Origin: Terriglobia bacterium
Lineage (GTDB): Bacteria > Acidobacteriota > Terriglobia > 2-12-FULL-54-10
Direction of reading: 5' to 3'
Assembly: GCA_965222345.1 (NCBI GenBank)
Contig: CBDCTS010000004.1
Location: 641,625-705,624, forward strand
DNA length: 64,000 nt
In this document: piece by piece, positions 42,595-52,312 of the stretch
Numbering within the stretch: the first letter of the stretch is position 1
Layout of the letters: each line of letters begins with the position of its first letter
Notes under the pieces: generated by a model
What the model was told of the DNA's origin: nothing
The model's database searches: none
The model's input: the letters and a program-made list of their open reading frames with translations, nothing else
Made by a program: the position numbers and the translations under genes

Positions 42595-42815
42595 GTCGGC
42601 AGATTCGGTTCCCTCGGTTGATTCGGTTTCTTCGGTTCTCTCGGAATGTTCGGTAGATTCGGGATGTTCGGTTCCTTCGGAAGAATCAGCCTATCTGTTT
42701 CCTTCGGTTCCCTCGGTTCCCTCGGCAGATTCGGCATCCTCGGTAGATTCGGTTTCCTCGGTTCTCTCGGAATGTTCGGTTCCTTCGGTAGATTCGGAAT
42801 CCTCGGAAGAATTTT
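42595..42815. repeat. Tandem array of about 24 nonamer repeats (consensus CGGNNNNTT), itself duplicated as two about 100-bp higher-order units
   Basis: Read directly: cggcagatt cggttccct cggttgatt cggtttctt ... repeated twice. Period is a multiple of 3 and lies inside overlapping low-confidence ORFs. Confidence 0.7.
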
Positions 42816-43256
42816 ATTGTCCCCGGAATTTGCGCCAGGGAGAATCGGGGCGGAGGGCGTTTGGGAGGTTTCAGGCTCCTTCTTTCGCCCCTTCCGGGGC
42901 TGATGCAGGGCTGCCTTTGCCACCCACGGCTGGCGTCGTGGGCTGGACTCTGGCGCCCCTCTGGGGCTACACAGGCGTTGCGGAAAGCTATAGACCGACT
43001 GTGAAAACCTTGCCGGGGGAAGGAGCAAGAAGAAAAAGCTTTTTTTGCAAAACGAACCCATTGCAAAACTTCAGAAATCCAGCCTAACTATTGCATATAA
43101 AAGAGATATAAAATATGCAGAAGATCGGGGCAATGGCTTCGTTATTGGCTTTGATTTGGCTTTGATTGGGGTTTGATTGGCCAAGAAAGCCAATGATTGG
43201 GGGGTAACAGGAAAGTCAGGGTGTTGATTTCCGGAGTCTCGCTTTGGCTGGAGGGT

Positions 43257-44402
43257 TTAGTTCCTCTTCTTCTGGCGCAAAAAGGCGGGCACGTCAAGGT
43301 CTTCTTTCTCAAAAGAACCGGTTAGGACGCCGGGCGCGTTGGAAGATGAGGAAACGCTCCAACCACGGGAAGGCCCGTCCGCCGCACCGACTTGCGAGCC
43401 GGCTGCCACCATCTCGGATTTGAAGCCGGTGGCGATCACGGTAACCTTGATCTGATCTTCCATCTTCTCATCCATGACCGCTCCAAACAGGATGTTGGCG
43501 TCTTCGTGGGCTGCCTGCTGGATCAGCGTGGCGGCTCCTTGCACCTCCTGCAAACGCAGGTTGCTGGAGCCGGTGATGTTGATCAGCACCCCGCGCGCGC
43601 CGTCAATGGAAGCATCCTCCAGCAAGGGGCTGGAGATAGCATTGCCGGCGGCTTCCAGGGCACGGTTGGGCCCGCTGGCTGTGGCCGTCCCCATTACTGC
43701 GTAACCCATCCTCTGCATGACGGTTTTCACGTCGGCGAAGTCGCGGTTGACGATTCCCGGAATAACGATGGTGTCGCTGATGCCCTGGACCGCCTGGCGC
43801 AAGACGTCATCGGCCAGTCGAAATGCCTCAAAGAAGCCCGTGTCCTGTTCCATTTGCAGGAGACGGTCGTTAGGGATCGTGATCATGGTATCCACGCTCT
43901 CGGACAGCTCCGTCAGGCCTATGTTAGCTTGCTGCTTCCGCCGCTTTCCCTCGAAGGTGAACGGCATGGTGACCACAGCCACCGTCAAGGCTTCCAATTC
44001 ATTGGCGAGACTGGCGACAATGGGCGCGGCTCCCGTACCGGTGCCTCCGCCCAAGCCTGCCGTCACGAAGACCATGTCGGCCCCTTCGAGCATTTCAATC
44101 AGCTTGTCGGTGTCCTCCAAGGCGGATTTGCGTCCCAGTTCCGGATCGGCTCCCGCACCGAGCCCCTTGGTCAGCTTGGCGCCGATTTGGATTTTGACTG
44201 GAGCATGGGACAGCTTCAAAGCTTGCAAGTCGGTGTTGGCCACCATGAATTCGACCCCCTGCAGCCGTGCGTCGATCATGCGGTTGACTGCGTTGCTGCC
44301 GCCCCCGCCCACGCCAATCACTTTGATCTTGGCCCCGTTTTGCAGGCCTTCCTGAAACGAAAAGCGGATGGAATCTTCCATGGTTGCATTCTCCGTTGGC
44401 AT
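43257..44402 (-). CDS. ftsZ: Cell division GTPase FtsZ
   Basis: [13 protein letters not shown] tubulin signature. Confidence 0.95.
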   Translation of the reverse strand: MPTENATMEDSIRFSFQEGLQNGAKIKVIGVGGGGSNAVNRMIDARLQGVEFMVANTDLQALKLSHAPVKIQIGAKLTKGLGAGADPELGRKSALEDTDKLIEMLEGADMVFVTAGLGGGTGTGAAPIVASLANELEALTVAVVTMPFTFEGKRRKQQANIGLTELSESVDTMITIPNDRLLQMEQDTGFFEAFRLADDVLRQAVQGISDTIVIPGIVNRDFADVKTVMQRMGYAVMGTATASGPNRALEAAGNAISSPLLEDASIDGARGVLINITGSSNLRLQEVQGAATLIQQAAHEDANILFGAVMDEKMEDQIKVTVIATGFKSEMVAAGSQVGAADGPSRGWSVSSSSNAPGVLTGSFEKEDLDVPAFLRQKKRN

Positions 44403-44589
44403 GGCACCTTCATCAATAGAGAGATTTTGCCATGCAGGCTATGACACGCCCCAGCCTGCGATAGCCTCAAGCCAATCCCGCAAACTACGATACGATAAAG
44501 GCGCCTCGGGCGACAGCCTATTTCTGCCGCCGAATCGTTTTGTTTCTTATTGGATACTCTTTCGGTTCCCCAGAATAAAGACGCCGGAG

Positions 44590-45912
44590 CTACTTTTCCC
44601 CCACAAACATGCTTCTGAAGCGGCTTCCCCAGTTTTGGTTCTGAACCTCGCGCAGTCTCCGGACCTTCTGTCCGTAGAGCAGCAGTCCCACGAGAGTGGT
44701 GTAATCCAATTGATCGAGCGACGCGGGCCAGTCCGCGATCTTCGGCGGCAACCCGAGACGCGCCGGGCAGCCGAAAACCTGCTCGGCCAGATCGCACATT
44801 CCGTTCAGGCGTGCTCCTCCACCGGAAAGGACGACGCCTGCACCAAGATGCTGATCCAAATCGCACCGGCGCAATTGATACACCACAAAGCCCAGCAGTT
44901 CCTGTGCTCGCGGTTCCAAGATTTCAGACAGCCTGCGGTGAGCCACGAACCGGGAAGGCCGACCGCCCAGGCTGGGAACCTCGATGGAGGTGCCTTCGCG
45001 GCTCCAGTCCGACAGCACCGACCCAAACACCTTCTTGATTTTTTCCGCTTCCGGCAAGGGAGTATGGAGGCCCACCGCCACGTCACTAGTGAAATGATCG
45101 CCTCCGATGGCGATGGCGCCGGACATCCTCATATTTCCATGATGGTAGGCAGCCAGCTCACAACTGCCTCCGCCGAGATCCGCCACCAGCACTCCCAACT
45201 CCCGTTCCTGCGAGGTCAGGAGTCCTTCACTCGCCGCAAAAGCTTCGAGCACTACCGCCTCCACCAAGAGCCCGGCGCGATTTGCAGCCGTGACCACGTT
45301 CTGGTTTGCGGTCACTGAAGCGGTAACAATATGGGCCTGGACCTCCAGATTCAATCCCTGCATTCCCACCGGGTTATGAATCCCCGGCTCGGAATCCAAG
45401 ATGAATTCCAGCGGAACCACCTGCAGGATTTCCCGGTCGTCGGGGAGGTTCATGGGCCGCACCGTTTGCATGACCCGCCACACGTCTTCCCGCGTGACAT
45501 CGCGTGCACGGGAAGAAAGCATCAGGCTGCCCCTCCCGTCCGCTCCCTGAATGCTAGGTCCTCCGACCCCTACTACGGTTGACTCCACCTGGACGCCCGC
45601 CGTGTGCTCGGCTTGCGCCACGGCAGTTTGAATCGAGCCTACTACCTGGTCCAGGCTTGCGACCGTTCCCCGGTTCCACCCTTGGGAATCAGCCTCGCCA
45701 AAACCGAGAAAGCGCAATTGTGACGCCTCCTGGAGGGGTTTGCCGCCAGCAGCCGGAGACTCGGCTCCCGCCGGGACAGCGGTACGACTATTTTGCGTGG
45801 CGCTGGTGCGGGCAGCGGCATCCTCGCCGGGCGAGAGCAACTCGGCCACCAGGACCCGCGTCTTGGTGCTGCCCAAATCCAGGGATGCCAGATACCGGCC
45901 TTTTTCACTCAT
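44590..45912 (-). CDS. ftsA: Cell division protein FtsA
   Basis: Actin-like ATPase motifs (LDLGSTKTRVLVAE, ADLGGGS). Start set at MSEKGRY, overlapping the ftsQ stop by 4 bp. Confidence 0.9.
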   Translation of the reverse strand: MSEKGRYLASLDLGSTKTRVLVAELLSPGEDAAARTSATQNSRTAVPAGAESPAAGGKPLQEASQLRFLGFGEADSQGWNRGTVASLDQVVGSIQTAVAQAEHTAGVQVESTVVGVGGPSIQGADGRGSLMLSSRARDVTREDVWRVMQTVRPMNLPDDREILQVVPLEFILDSEPGIHNPVGMQGLNLEVQAHIVTASVTANQNVVTAANRAGLLVEAVVLEAFAASEGLLTSQERELGVLVADLGGGSCELAAYHHGNMRMSGAIAIGGDHFTSDVAVGLHTPLPEAEKIKKVFGSVLSDWSREGTSIEVPSLGGRPSRFVAHRRLSEILEPRAQELLGFVVYQLRRCDLDQHLGAGVVLSGGGARLNGMCDLAEQVFGCPARLGLPPKIADWPASLDQLDYTTLVGLLLYGQKVRRLREVQNQNWGSRFRSMFVGEK

Positions 45913-46859
45913 AAGGCTGCTTCGGGGCGGAAAGCTTGGGAGGGAAAAGATTCCCCGGACGCATTGATATCCGCCGGGGGGATGGGCTCTGTGGCCGGAC
46001 TTGAATTGATGATTACCTGTCCTCCGTACCGGAGGTCGATTGATTGAATGCTGGGGAACTTTTGTTTCCACTCCTGGATGTGGCCGAGGTAAATCCGGTA
46101 GCGGGCTAAAAAATCCTCTCTCCCCAAATGAAGCAGAATGGCTCCAGCCGAATCAGCGACCACCACCCGAACATCGCCAGGGTCCTGGAGGTCTACCTCA
46201 GAGATTGTTTCGCTGTAAGGCGGGTCGCCGCTATTCAACTCTTCCATCAGCGTCTGAAACAACTGCATTTTGGAACGTCGCGTTTCGAGAGAATCCTCGC
46301 TCGAAACTCCCCGGATCACGTGAAACTTGAAGGAGGCTTTCTGGGGAGCATCCAGAATCACTCCCTCCTCATCCACCAACGCCACCCCGTCGGGACCCCA
46401 CAGAAATGCAATGGGCACTCTCTCCCGGACCTCCACCCAGAGCCGATTGGGAAAGATGCGGCCCACGGCGGCGGATCGCACCCAGGGAATCTGCTCGATC
46501 TCCCGGCCCCGGCGGCGAAGGGGAACCCGCAGAATGCTCTTTCCTTTGTCGGCCAAGAACTTCTCCTCCAGTTGGCTTTGGGCGGCAAACTCAGCGCCAT
46601 GGATCTTCACCGAAGCCAGATGAAAGCGGGGATTGGAAAGACCATAATCCACCGCCGACCATCCCGCCCAGACAGCGGCGCTCAGCAGCAGAAGCACAAG
46701 CAAAATCTTCGCAATGGGGCTGGCCAGCCCCCGGCGGTGACGTTGCTTGCCGACTTTCGCCGGACGCTGGCGGCGGAGAGAGGCGGACTCTTCCACCTTG
46801 CCGTAAACGCGGGGAGCCCCAGAAAATCCTTCAGCCATCCTTGTACCCGTCCGTCCCAT
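45909..46859 (-). CDS. ftsQ: Cell division protein FtsQ/DivIB
   Basis: TM helix plus POTRA-like region; position between murB and ftsA. Confidence 0.8.
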   Translation of the reverse strand: MGRTGTRMAEGFSGAPRVYGKVEESASLRRQRPAKVGKQRHRRGLASPIAKILLVLLLLSAAVWAGWSAVDYGLSNPRFHLASVKIHGAEFAAQSQLEEKFLADKGKSILRVPLRRRGREIEQIPWVRSAAVGRIFPNRLWVEVRERVPIAFLWGPDGVALVDEEGVILDAPQKASFKFHVIRGVSSEDSLETRRSKMQLFQTLMEELNSGDPPYSETISEVDLQDPGDVRVVVADSAGAILLHLGREDFLARYRIYLGHIQEWKQKFPSIQSIDLRYGGQVIINSSPATEPIPPADINASGESFPSQAFRPEAAL

Positions 46860-46922
46860 GCCAGAGAGCCTGCGCCGCTGGTCGACAATCCAGCAACAGC
46901 AGCGGTCAATTTCTCCAGTCTG

Positions 46923-47831
46923 CTAATTCCTCCAAACGACGACTTCCTCTTCCAGCTCCACTCCGTAAGCCTGGAGCACCCGCCCTCGTATCTTCTCCAT
47001 CAGGCGAAAAATGTCGGCGGCGGTAGCCTGATAACGATTCACGATGAAGTTGGCATGGCGCTCGCTGACGACCGCCCCTCCCTGGCGCAATCCCTTCATT
47101 CCCAACTGGTCGATCATCTTGCCGGTCGAGAGGCCCGGCGGGTTCTTAAAGATGCATCCCGCGCTCTTTTCCTTGAGGGGCTGCGAACTGAGCCGTCGCC
47201 GGTTCAGCGCCTTCACCTCCGCGAGAATTCCGGCGTAAGGCTTCTCGGGCAACTCCAGCGTGACCGACAGCATGATGTCGTCGGGGGCAAAGCCGCTTTG
47301 CCGGTACTTGAAGCCGACCGCGGCTGCCGGTAAATCTTCCCGAACTCCTGCCGCCCCCCGGAAGACGGAGACGGACCGGACCAGCGGTCCAATCTCGATC
47401 CCGTAGGCTCCGGCGTTCATCCGCAAGGCCCCGCCCACCGAACCCGGAACGCCCACCAAGCCCTCCATGCCGCCGAGATTCCGCTTGGCGCACTCCATCA
47501 CGGAGCGGCCCAGGGTGGCTGCCGCAGCAATCCGGACGGTGTGGCCGTCAAAAACAAGATCGCGCGGGTCGGGAACCAACCGCAGCACTACTTTCCGCAG
47601 CGGCTCGTCCGGAACGAGCACGTTGGTTCCTCCGCCCAGCAGGGTCCAGGGAACTCCGCGCTTCCGGAGCCCTTCCACCAGAGGCTCCAATGCCTCCGCC
47701 CGGTGGAGGAGAAAGAAATCGGCCTCTCCTCCCACAGCAAGCGAGGTGTAGCGCCCCAGCCGTTGACGGGGCAGAAAGCGGGCCCCCCAGCCCTCCGCTT
47801 GCTTTACGAATTCTGCGTCATTAAGAACCAT
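46923..47831 (-). CDS. murB: UDP-N-acetylenolpyruvoylglucosamine reductase
   Basis: FAD-binding MurB features (GGGTNVLV; C-terminal MurB domain). Confidence 0.9.
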   Translation of the reverse strand: MVLNDAEFVKQAEGWGARFLPRQRLGRYTSLAVGGEADFFLLHRAEALEPLVEGLRKRGVPWTLLGGGTNVLVPDEPLRKVVLRLVPDPRDLVFDGHTVRIAAAATLGRSVMECAKRNLGGMEGLVGVPGSVGGALRMNAGAYGIEIGPLVRSVSVFRGAAGVREDLPAAAVGFKYRQSGFAPDDIMLSVTLELPEKPYAGILAEVKALNRRRLSSQPLKEKSAGCIFKNPPGLSTGKMIDQLGMKGLRQGGAVVSERHANFIVNRYQATAADIFRLMEKIRGRVLQAYGVELEEEVVVWRN

Positions 47832-48029
47832 CAGCCTGCACGAACAAACTAAAGGTCAGTCACCAAGGTTAATGTCCAGTATCTGAAAAAGTGTTCGTCA
47901 CAGAGCCACAGAGCAGCAATACCGCTGAATAAACCAAACGAAAACAGCTTTTTCCTGCTATCCAGACCCGGCAGCTTCTCCGGGGGCATTTGCTACCTTC
48001 CTCTCTGTGCCTCCGTGTCTCGGCGGCTA

Positions 48030-49469
48030 TCAGAGCCTTCCACGAACAAGCGGATTTGCCAGCGATTTACTGCTGTCCTTCCGCAGGCGCTCCAGAAACT
48101 TTTCACCAATCTGGCTCACGCTGCCCGCTCCGAGCGTCAGCAGCAGATCGCCGGGCTGGACGGTTTCAGCAAGCCGCTTCAGCAGATCTTCGACAACAGG
48201 CAGATACTCCGCCCGGGAGTAACCCCCTTGGCGTATCCGGTTAACCAGCGCTTTTGCCGAAACGCCTTTGATCGGAGGCTCGCCTGCCGGATAGATATCC
48301 ACGACGAACAGATCATCAGAGCGAGCAAAGCAGCCGGCAAAATCGTCGAGCAGCAGCGCCGTCCGTGAATACCGGTGAGGCTCAAAAACGACGATAACCC
48401 GGCGATAACGGCAATCACGGGCGGCATCGAGGGTGGCACGAATCTCGGTGGGATGATGTCCGTAGTCATCGACCACCGTAATGTCGTTCACCCTTCCCCG
48501 CACCTGGAAGCGGCGCTCCACGCCGCCAAAGGCGGCCAGCCCCTGGCGAATGTTCTCCAGGTCCAGCTTCAGTTCGAGCCCTACGGCGACGGCGGCCATG
48601 GCGTTCAGTACGTTGTGCCGTCCGGGCATCTGCAGGGCAAAGGTTCCCAGGTCCACTCCCCGGAATCGCAACCGGAACTGAGAACGGAAATGCCCGCAGA
48701 GAATTTCCTCGGCTATCAAATCCGGCGCTGGCGAATCCGCCTCACCCTCCCGGGCGCTGGTTCCGTAGGTCACCACCCGGCGAGTTGTGTAAGGCAGGAT
48801 AGCCCGGACATTTTCCTCCTCCAGGCATAAGATGGAAGCCCCGTAGAAAGGAACCCCATTGGCAAACTGCACGTACGCCCGGCGAAGCTCTTCGAGCGAT
48901 CCGTAGCAATCCAGATGCTCGCGGTCGATGGAGGTGATGACGCAGAGGATCGGAGCCAGGTGCAAAAACGAGCGGTCACTTTCATCCGACTCCACCACCA
49001 TGAAATCCCCATTGCCGAGCCTCGCGTTGCTGCCCATGCTGTTCAGACGGCCGCCCACCACCAGGGTAGGGTCCAGGCCCGCCGCCGCCAGCACGGCGGA
49101 CACCATGGATGTGGTGGTGGTCTTGCCGTGGCTGCCCGCAATGGCGATACCGTACTTCAGGCGCATCAACTCCGCCAGCATTTCTCCCCGCGGGATGATG
49201 GGAATTTGCAAACGCCGCGCCTCGACGACTTCCGGATTGTCGGTCCTGACGGCCGAACTGGTCACCACGGCCTCGGCGCCTTCGACGTGGCTGGGATGAT
49301 GGCCCTCGTGGATGCAGGCGCCGAGCCGTTCGAGCCGTTCCGTAATCGGAGTGAGCCTCCAGTCCGAGCCGGAGACCTCGTAGCCGAGGTTCAGCAGCAC
49401 CTCCGCGATGCCGCTCATGCCGCTGCCTCCGATGCCTACAAAGTGAACACGCCGGGCCGTAAAAAACAT
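48030..49469 (-). CDS. murC: UDP-N-acetylmuramate-L-alanine ligase
   Basis: Start set at MFFTARRVHFVGIGGSGMSGIAE. Mur ligase motifs. Confidence 0.9.
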   Translation of the reverse strand: MFFTARRVHFVGIGGSGMSGIAEVLLNLGYEVSGSDWRLTPITERLERLGACIHEGHHPSHVEGAEAVVTSSAVRTDNPEVVEARRLQIPIIPRGEMLAELMRLKYGIAIAGSHGKTTTTSMVSAVLAAAGLDPTLVVGGRLNSMGSNARLGNGDFMVVESDESDRSFLHLAPILCVITSIDREHLDCYGSLEELRRAYVQFANGVPFYGASILCLEEENVRAILPYTTRRVVTYGTSAREGEADSPAPDLIAEEILCGHFRSQFRLRFRGVDLGTFALQMPGRHNVLNAMAAVAVGLELKLDLENIRQGLAAFGGVERRFQVRGRVNDITVVDDYGHHPTEIRATLDAARDCRYRRVIVVFEPHRYSRTALLLDDFAGCFARSDDLFVVDIYPAGEPPIKGVSAKALVNRIRQGGYSRAEYLPVVEDLLKRLAETVQPGDLLLTLGAGSVSQIGEKFLERLRKDSSKSLANPLVRGRL

Positions 49470-49477
49470 TTCGTTCC

Positions 49478-49963
49478 TTAGGAGGAAGCCTCCCATTCTT
49501 GGAATGCGTTCTGCCCGCGTTTCTGTAGCTCCTCCGGGGAAAGGTCCTCTTTGTGCGATGCCAGAGACCATCGATGGCCGAAGGGGTCTTCCAACTGTCC
49601 ATAGCGGTCACCCCAGAAGGCGTCCATCAGGGGCATGGTTTCGGTAGCACCGGCGGATACTGCCTGCTGAAATAGCGCATCTACATCCTCGACGTAGACG
49701 TGGATCGTAGTACCCGTGCCGCCGATCGACTGTGGGGAGAGCACCTTGTTGGATGGAAACTCATCATTCAACATCAGGAATGAGTCGCCGATCTTGAGCA
49801 GCGCGTGCATCACGGTCTTGCCGTCTGGCATGTGGTGGAGGCCGCACACCTCGGCGCTGAACGCCCGCTGGTAAAACTCGCTTGCCTGCACCGCATTCTG
49901 CACCACTAAGTGCGGCGTGAGCGTGTGGAAACCCTCGGGTATCGCCTTTACCTTCCCTGTCAT
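49478..49963 (-). CDS. VOC-family (glyoxalase/bleomycin-resistance-like, PhnB-type) protein inserted within the dcw cluster
   Basis: 161 aa with VOC-like fold features. 9 bp from the murC start. Confidence 0.75.
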   Translation of the reverse strand: MTGKVKAIPEGFHTLTPHLVVQNAVQASEFYQRAFSAEVCGLHHMPDGKTVMHALLKIGDSFLMLNDEFPSNKVLSPQSIGGTGTTIHVYVEDVDALFQQAVSAGATETMPLMDAFWGDRYGQLEDPFGHRWSLASHKEDLSPEELQKRGQNAFQEWEASS

Positions 49964-50035
49964 CTCCTCTCCTTCTTGGAACCTTTCAATAGGTCAGACT
50001 CAAGGACAACTCTGATTTCGGATAACCGACAGTCT

Positions 50036-51139
50036 CTAGCCAACAAACCCCTTTGCAGTCCCGCCACGCCGGCGGACCATCCGTTCCAGTTCATCCACGA
50101 TGCGCGAGGCCGCTTCCGGATGAGCCATGGAGCGGATTGCGGACTCCATTTGCTCTAGCCGCTGGGGTTCTCCGAGCAATTCCTGGAGCACTGCGAAAAG
50201 CCTCTCCCCGGTCAGTTCCCGGTCCGGAATCAGCCGCGCCGCGCCGGATTCGGCCAGGGCCTGGGCGTTGCGCAACTGATGCTGGTTGGCCGCGCTGGGA
50301 AAGGGCACCAGAACGGCGGCCCTGCCTGCCGCCGCCAATTCCGCCAGGGTGTTGGCTCCAGCGCGGCAAACCACCACATCCGCCCTGGCAAATGCCTCCG
50401 GCATTCCCTCGATGTAGGGGAGAACCTCGGCGCGGAGCGAATGTTTTTCGTACGCTTGCTTCACTGCATTATATTCACTTTGCCCAGACTGATGCACGAG
50501 GAATAGATTCTCCCAGTGGCGGGCCAGTAGCGGCAAAGCTTCCACCGCCGCCCGGTTCAATGTTCGAGCCCCCTGGCTGCCCCCGAAGATGAGCACCCTA
50601 AAAGGAGGCTGATACCGCCGCGGCTCAGCCGCAAAGAACTCCCGCCGCACAGGGACGCCCACCACCGACGTCTTCCCCAAACCGAAGTGATCAACCGCCT
50701 GGGGAAAAGCCAGGAAAGCTCTCGTCACGTAGGGAGCGACCCAGCGGTTTGACAGGCCGGGAAACGCGTTCGGCTCGAGCACCGCCAGAGGAATGCCCGC
50801 GAAGGCGCTGGCCAGCATTACAGGCCCGGCCGCGTATCCTCCGACTCCCAACACCACATCGGGCTGAAATTTATCCTGGAGCCGGGATGCTTGCCACAAA
50901 GCGCGCGGCAACCGGAGAAGATTTCGCAAACGGGTCGCAGGCGATTGCCCCTGCAATGCCCGCACTTCCACCAGTTCCAATGGAAAACCGGCTGCGGGCA
51001 CCAGTCTGTTTTCCACTCCGCGGGCTGTGCCCACAAAAAGCACCCGGTGCTCCGGGCTGCGCTCGGAAAGCTCCCTGGCTACTACCAGGGCGGGTATTAC
51101 ATGACCTCCCGTTCCGCCCGCCGCCAAAAGGAGTCTCAT
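50036..51139 (-). CDS. murG: Undecaprenyldiphospho-muramoylpentapeptide beta-N-acetylglucosaminyltransferase
   Basis: LLAAGGTGGHVIPAL N-terminus; GT28 architecture. Confidence 0.9.
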   Translation of the reverse strand: MRLLLAAGGTGGHVIPALVVARELSERSPEHRVLFVGTARGVENRLVPAAGFPLELVEVRALQGQSPATRLRNLLRLPRALWQASRLQDKFQPDVVLGVGGYAAGPVMLASAFAGIPLAVLEPNAFPGLSNRWVAPYVTRAFLAFPQAVDHFGLGKTSVVGVPVRREFFAAEPRRYQPPFRVLIFGGSQGARTLNRAAVEALPLLARHWENLFLVHQSGQSEYNAVKQAYEKHSLRAEVLPYIEGMPEAFARADVVVCRAGANTLAELAAAGRAAVLVPFPSAANQHQLRNAQALAESGAARLIPDRELTGERLFAVLQELLGEPQRLEQMESAIRSMAHPEAASRIVDELERMVRRRGGTAKGFVG

Positions 51140-51164
51140 CGGTCTATTTCCATCCGGGCAACCC

Positions 51165-52256
51165 TTACTCTGTGTGCTGGGTGATGTTCAGCAAGATTCC
51201 GGCGGCGGCCATGCTACAAACCAGGGAACTTCCTCCATAGCTGATGAACGGCAACGGGATGCCTTTCGGGGGGATCAAGCCCAGCACCACGCTGATATTG
51301 ACCAGTGCCTGGCCCACAATCATGATCGTCAAGCCAGCGGCCAAGTAACGCCCAAAGTCATCTGGAGCCAGCAGGCTGGCACGCCATCCACGCCAAAAAT
51401 AGAGGCCGAAAAGCCCGATCAGCAGCGCGACTCCCGCCAAGCCTAGCTCTTCGGCTATCACCGAGAAAATAAAATCGGTATGGGGCGTCGGCAAGAAGAA
51501 CAGTTTTTGCTTTCCGTTCATCAATCCCAGCCCGGTGAGTCCACCGGTTCCGATGGCAATAAAAGATTGGATAATTTGAAACCCACTCCCTTGGGGATCT
51601 GCATAAGGATCGAGAAAGGCCAGAATGCGGGAGCGCCGGTAGCCGACGCGAAAAATTAAAAGGTAGAGCGCGGGAAGGCTGCCCAGTAACAAGTAGAAGA
51701 AGTACCGTAAGCGCAGCCCGGCCAGGAAAAACATCATGGAGGCGATCAGCACAATCACGATGGGTGTTCCCAGGTCTGGTTCCCGCAGAATCAATCCCAC
51801 CACCAAGCCAATCATCACCAGGGCTGGCAGCAGTGTGCGGAAAAAATCATTGACGCGCTGGCGGCGCTTCTCCAAAAAATAAGCCAAAAACAAAACCAGC
51901 ATGAGTTTGGCGAACTCCGATGGCTGCACCGAAAAAGGGCCCCAGCGGAGCCACCGGTTTGTATGTTGGTGGGCGTCGGTCATCAGCACGATCACCAACA
52001 ACACGAAGGCGAGAAAAATGCCGGGGAAAAGGACAGTCGGATGCCGCAGGCGGCGGTAATCGAGGCGCATCAGAAACAGCATCGCCACAATTCCCGTCGC
52101 GGTCCAAGCCAGTTGCTTCCAAAAGAAAGCATATGGACTCCCGTATTGGTCAGTGGCCAGGAGAGCAGAGCTGCTGAAGATCATCAGCAATCCAAAAAAG
52201 ACCAGCGCGAGGGTCACGGTAAACAGAATGCGGTCGAATGAAAAACGTTTAGCCAT
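51165..52256 (-). CDS. ftsW: Peptidoglycan glycosyltransferase FtsW (SEDS family)
   Basis: Multi-TM FtsW/RodA-like sequence; position within the dcw cluster. Confidence 0.9.
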   Translation of the reverse strand: MAKRFSFDRILFTVTLALVFFGLLMIFSSSALLATDQYGSPYAFFWKQLAWTATGIVAMLFLMRLDYRRLRHPTVLFPGIFLAFVLLVIVLMTDAHQHTNRWLRWGPFSVQPSEFAKLMLVLFLAYFLEKRRQRVNDFFRTLLPALVMIGLVVGLILREPDLGTPIVIVLIASMMFFLAGLRLRYFFYLLLGSLPALYLLIFRVGYRRSRILAFLDPYADPQGSGFQIIQSFIAIGTGGLTGLGLMNGKQKLFFLPTPHTDFIFSVIAEELGLAGVALLIGLFGLYFWRGWRASLLAPDDFGRYLAAGLTIMIVGQALVNISVVLGLIPPKGIPLPFISYGGSSLVCSMAAAGILLNITQHTE

Positions 52257-52312
52257 CCACTTTCCTTTTTCCTCGCCCCGTCCAAAGCCTCACGGCACGA
52301 GCGGCCCGGCTT

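Noticed and set aside
42595-42815. Possible CRISPR array suggested by regular short repeats
   Set aside because: The period is only 9 bp, with no unique spacers of 25-40 bp and no cas genes nearby. It is a simple nonamer satellite.
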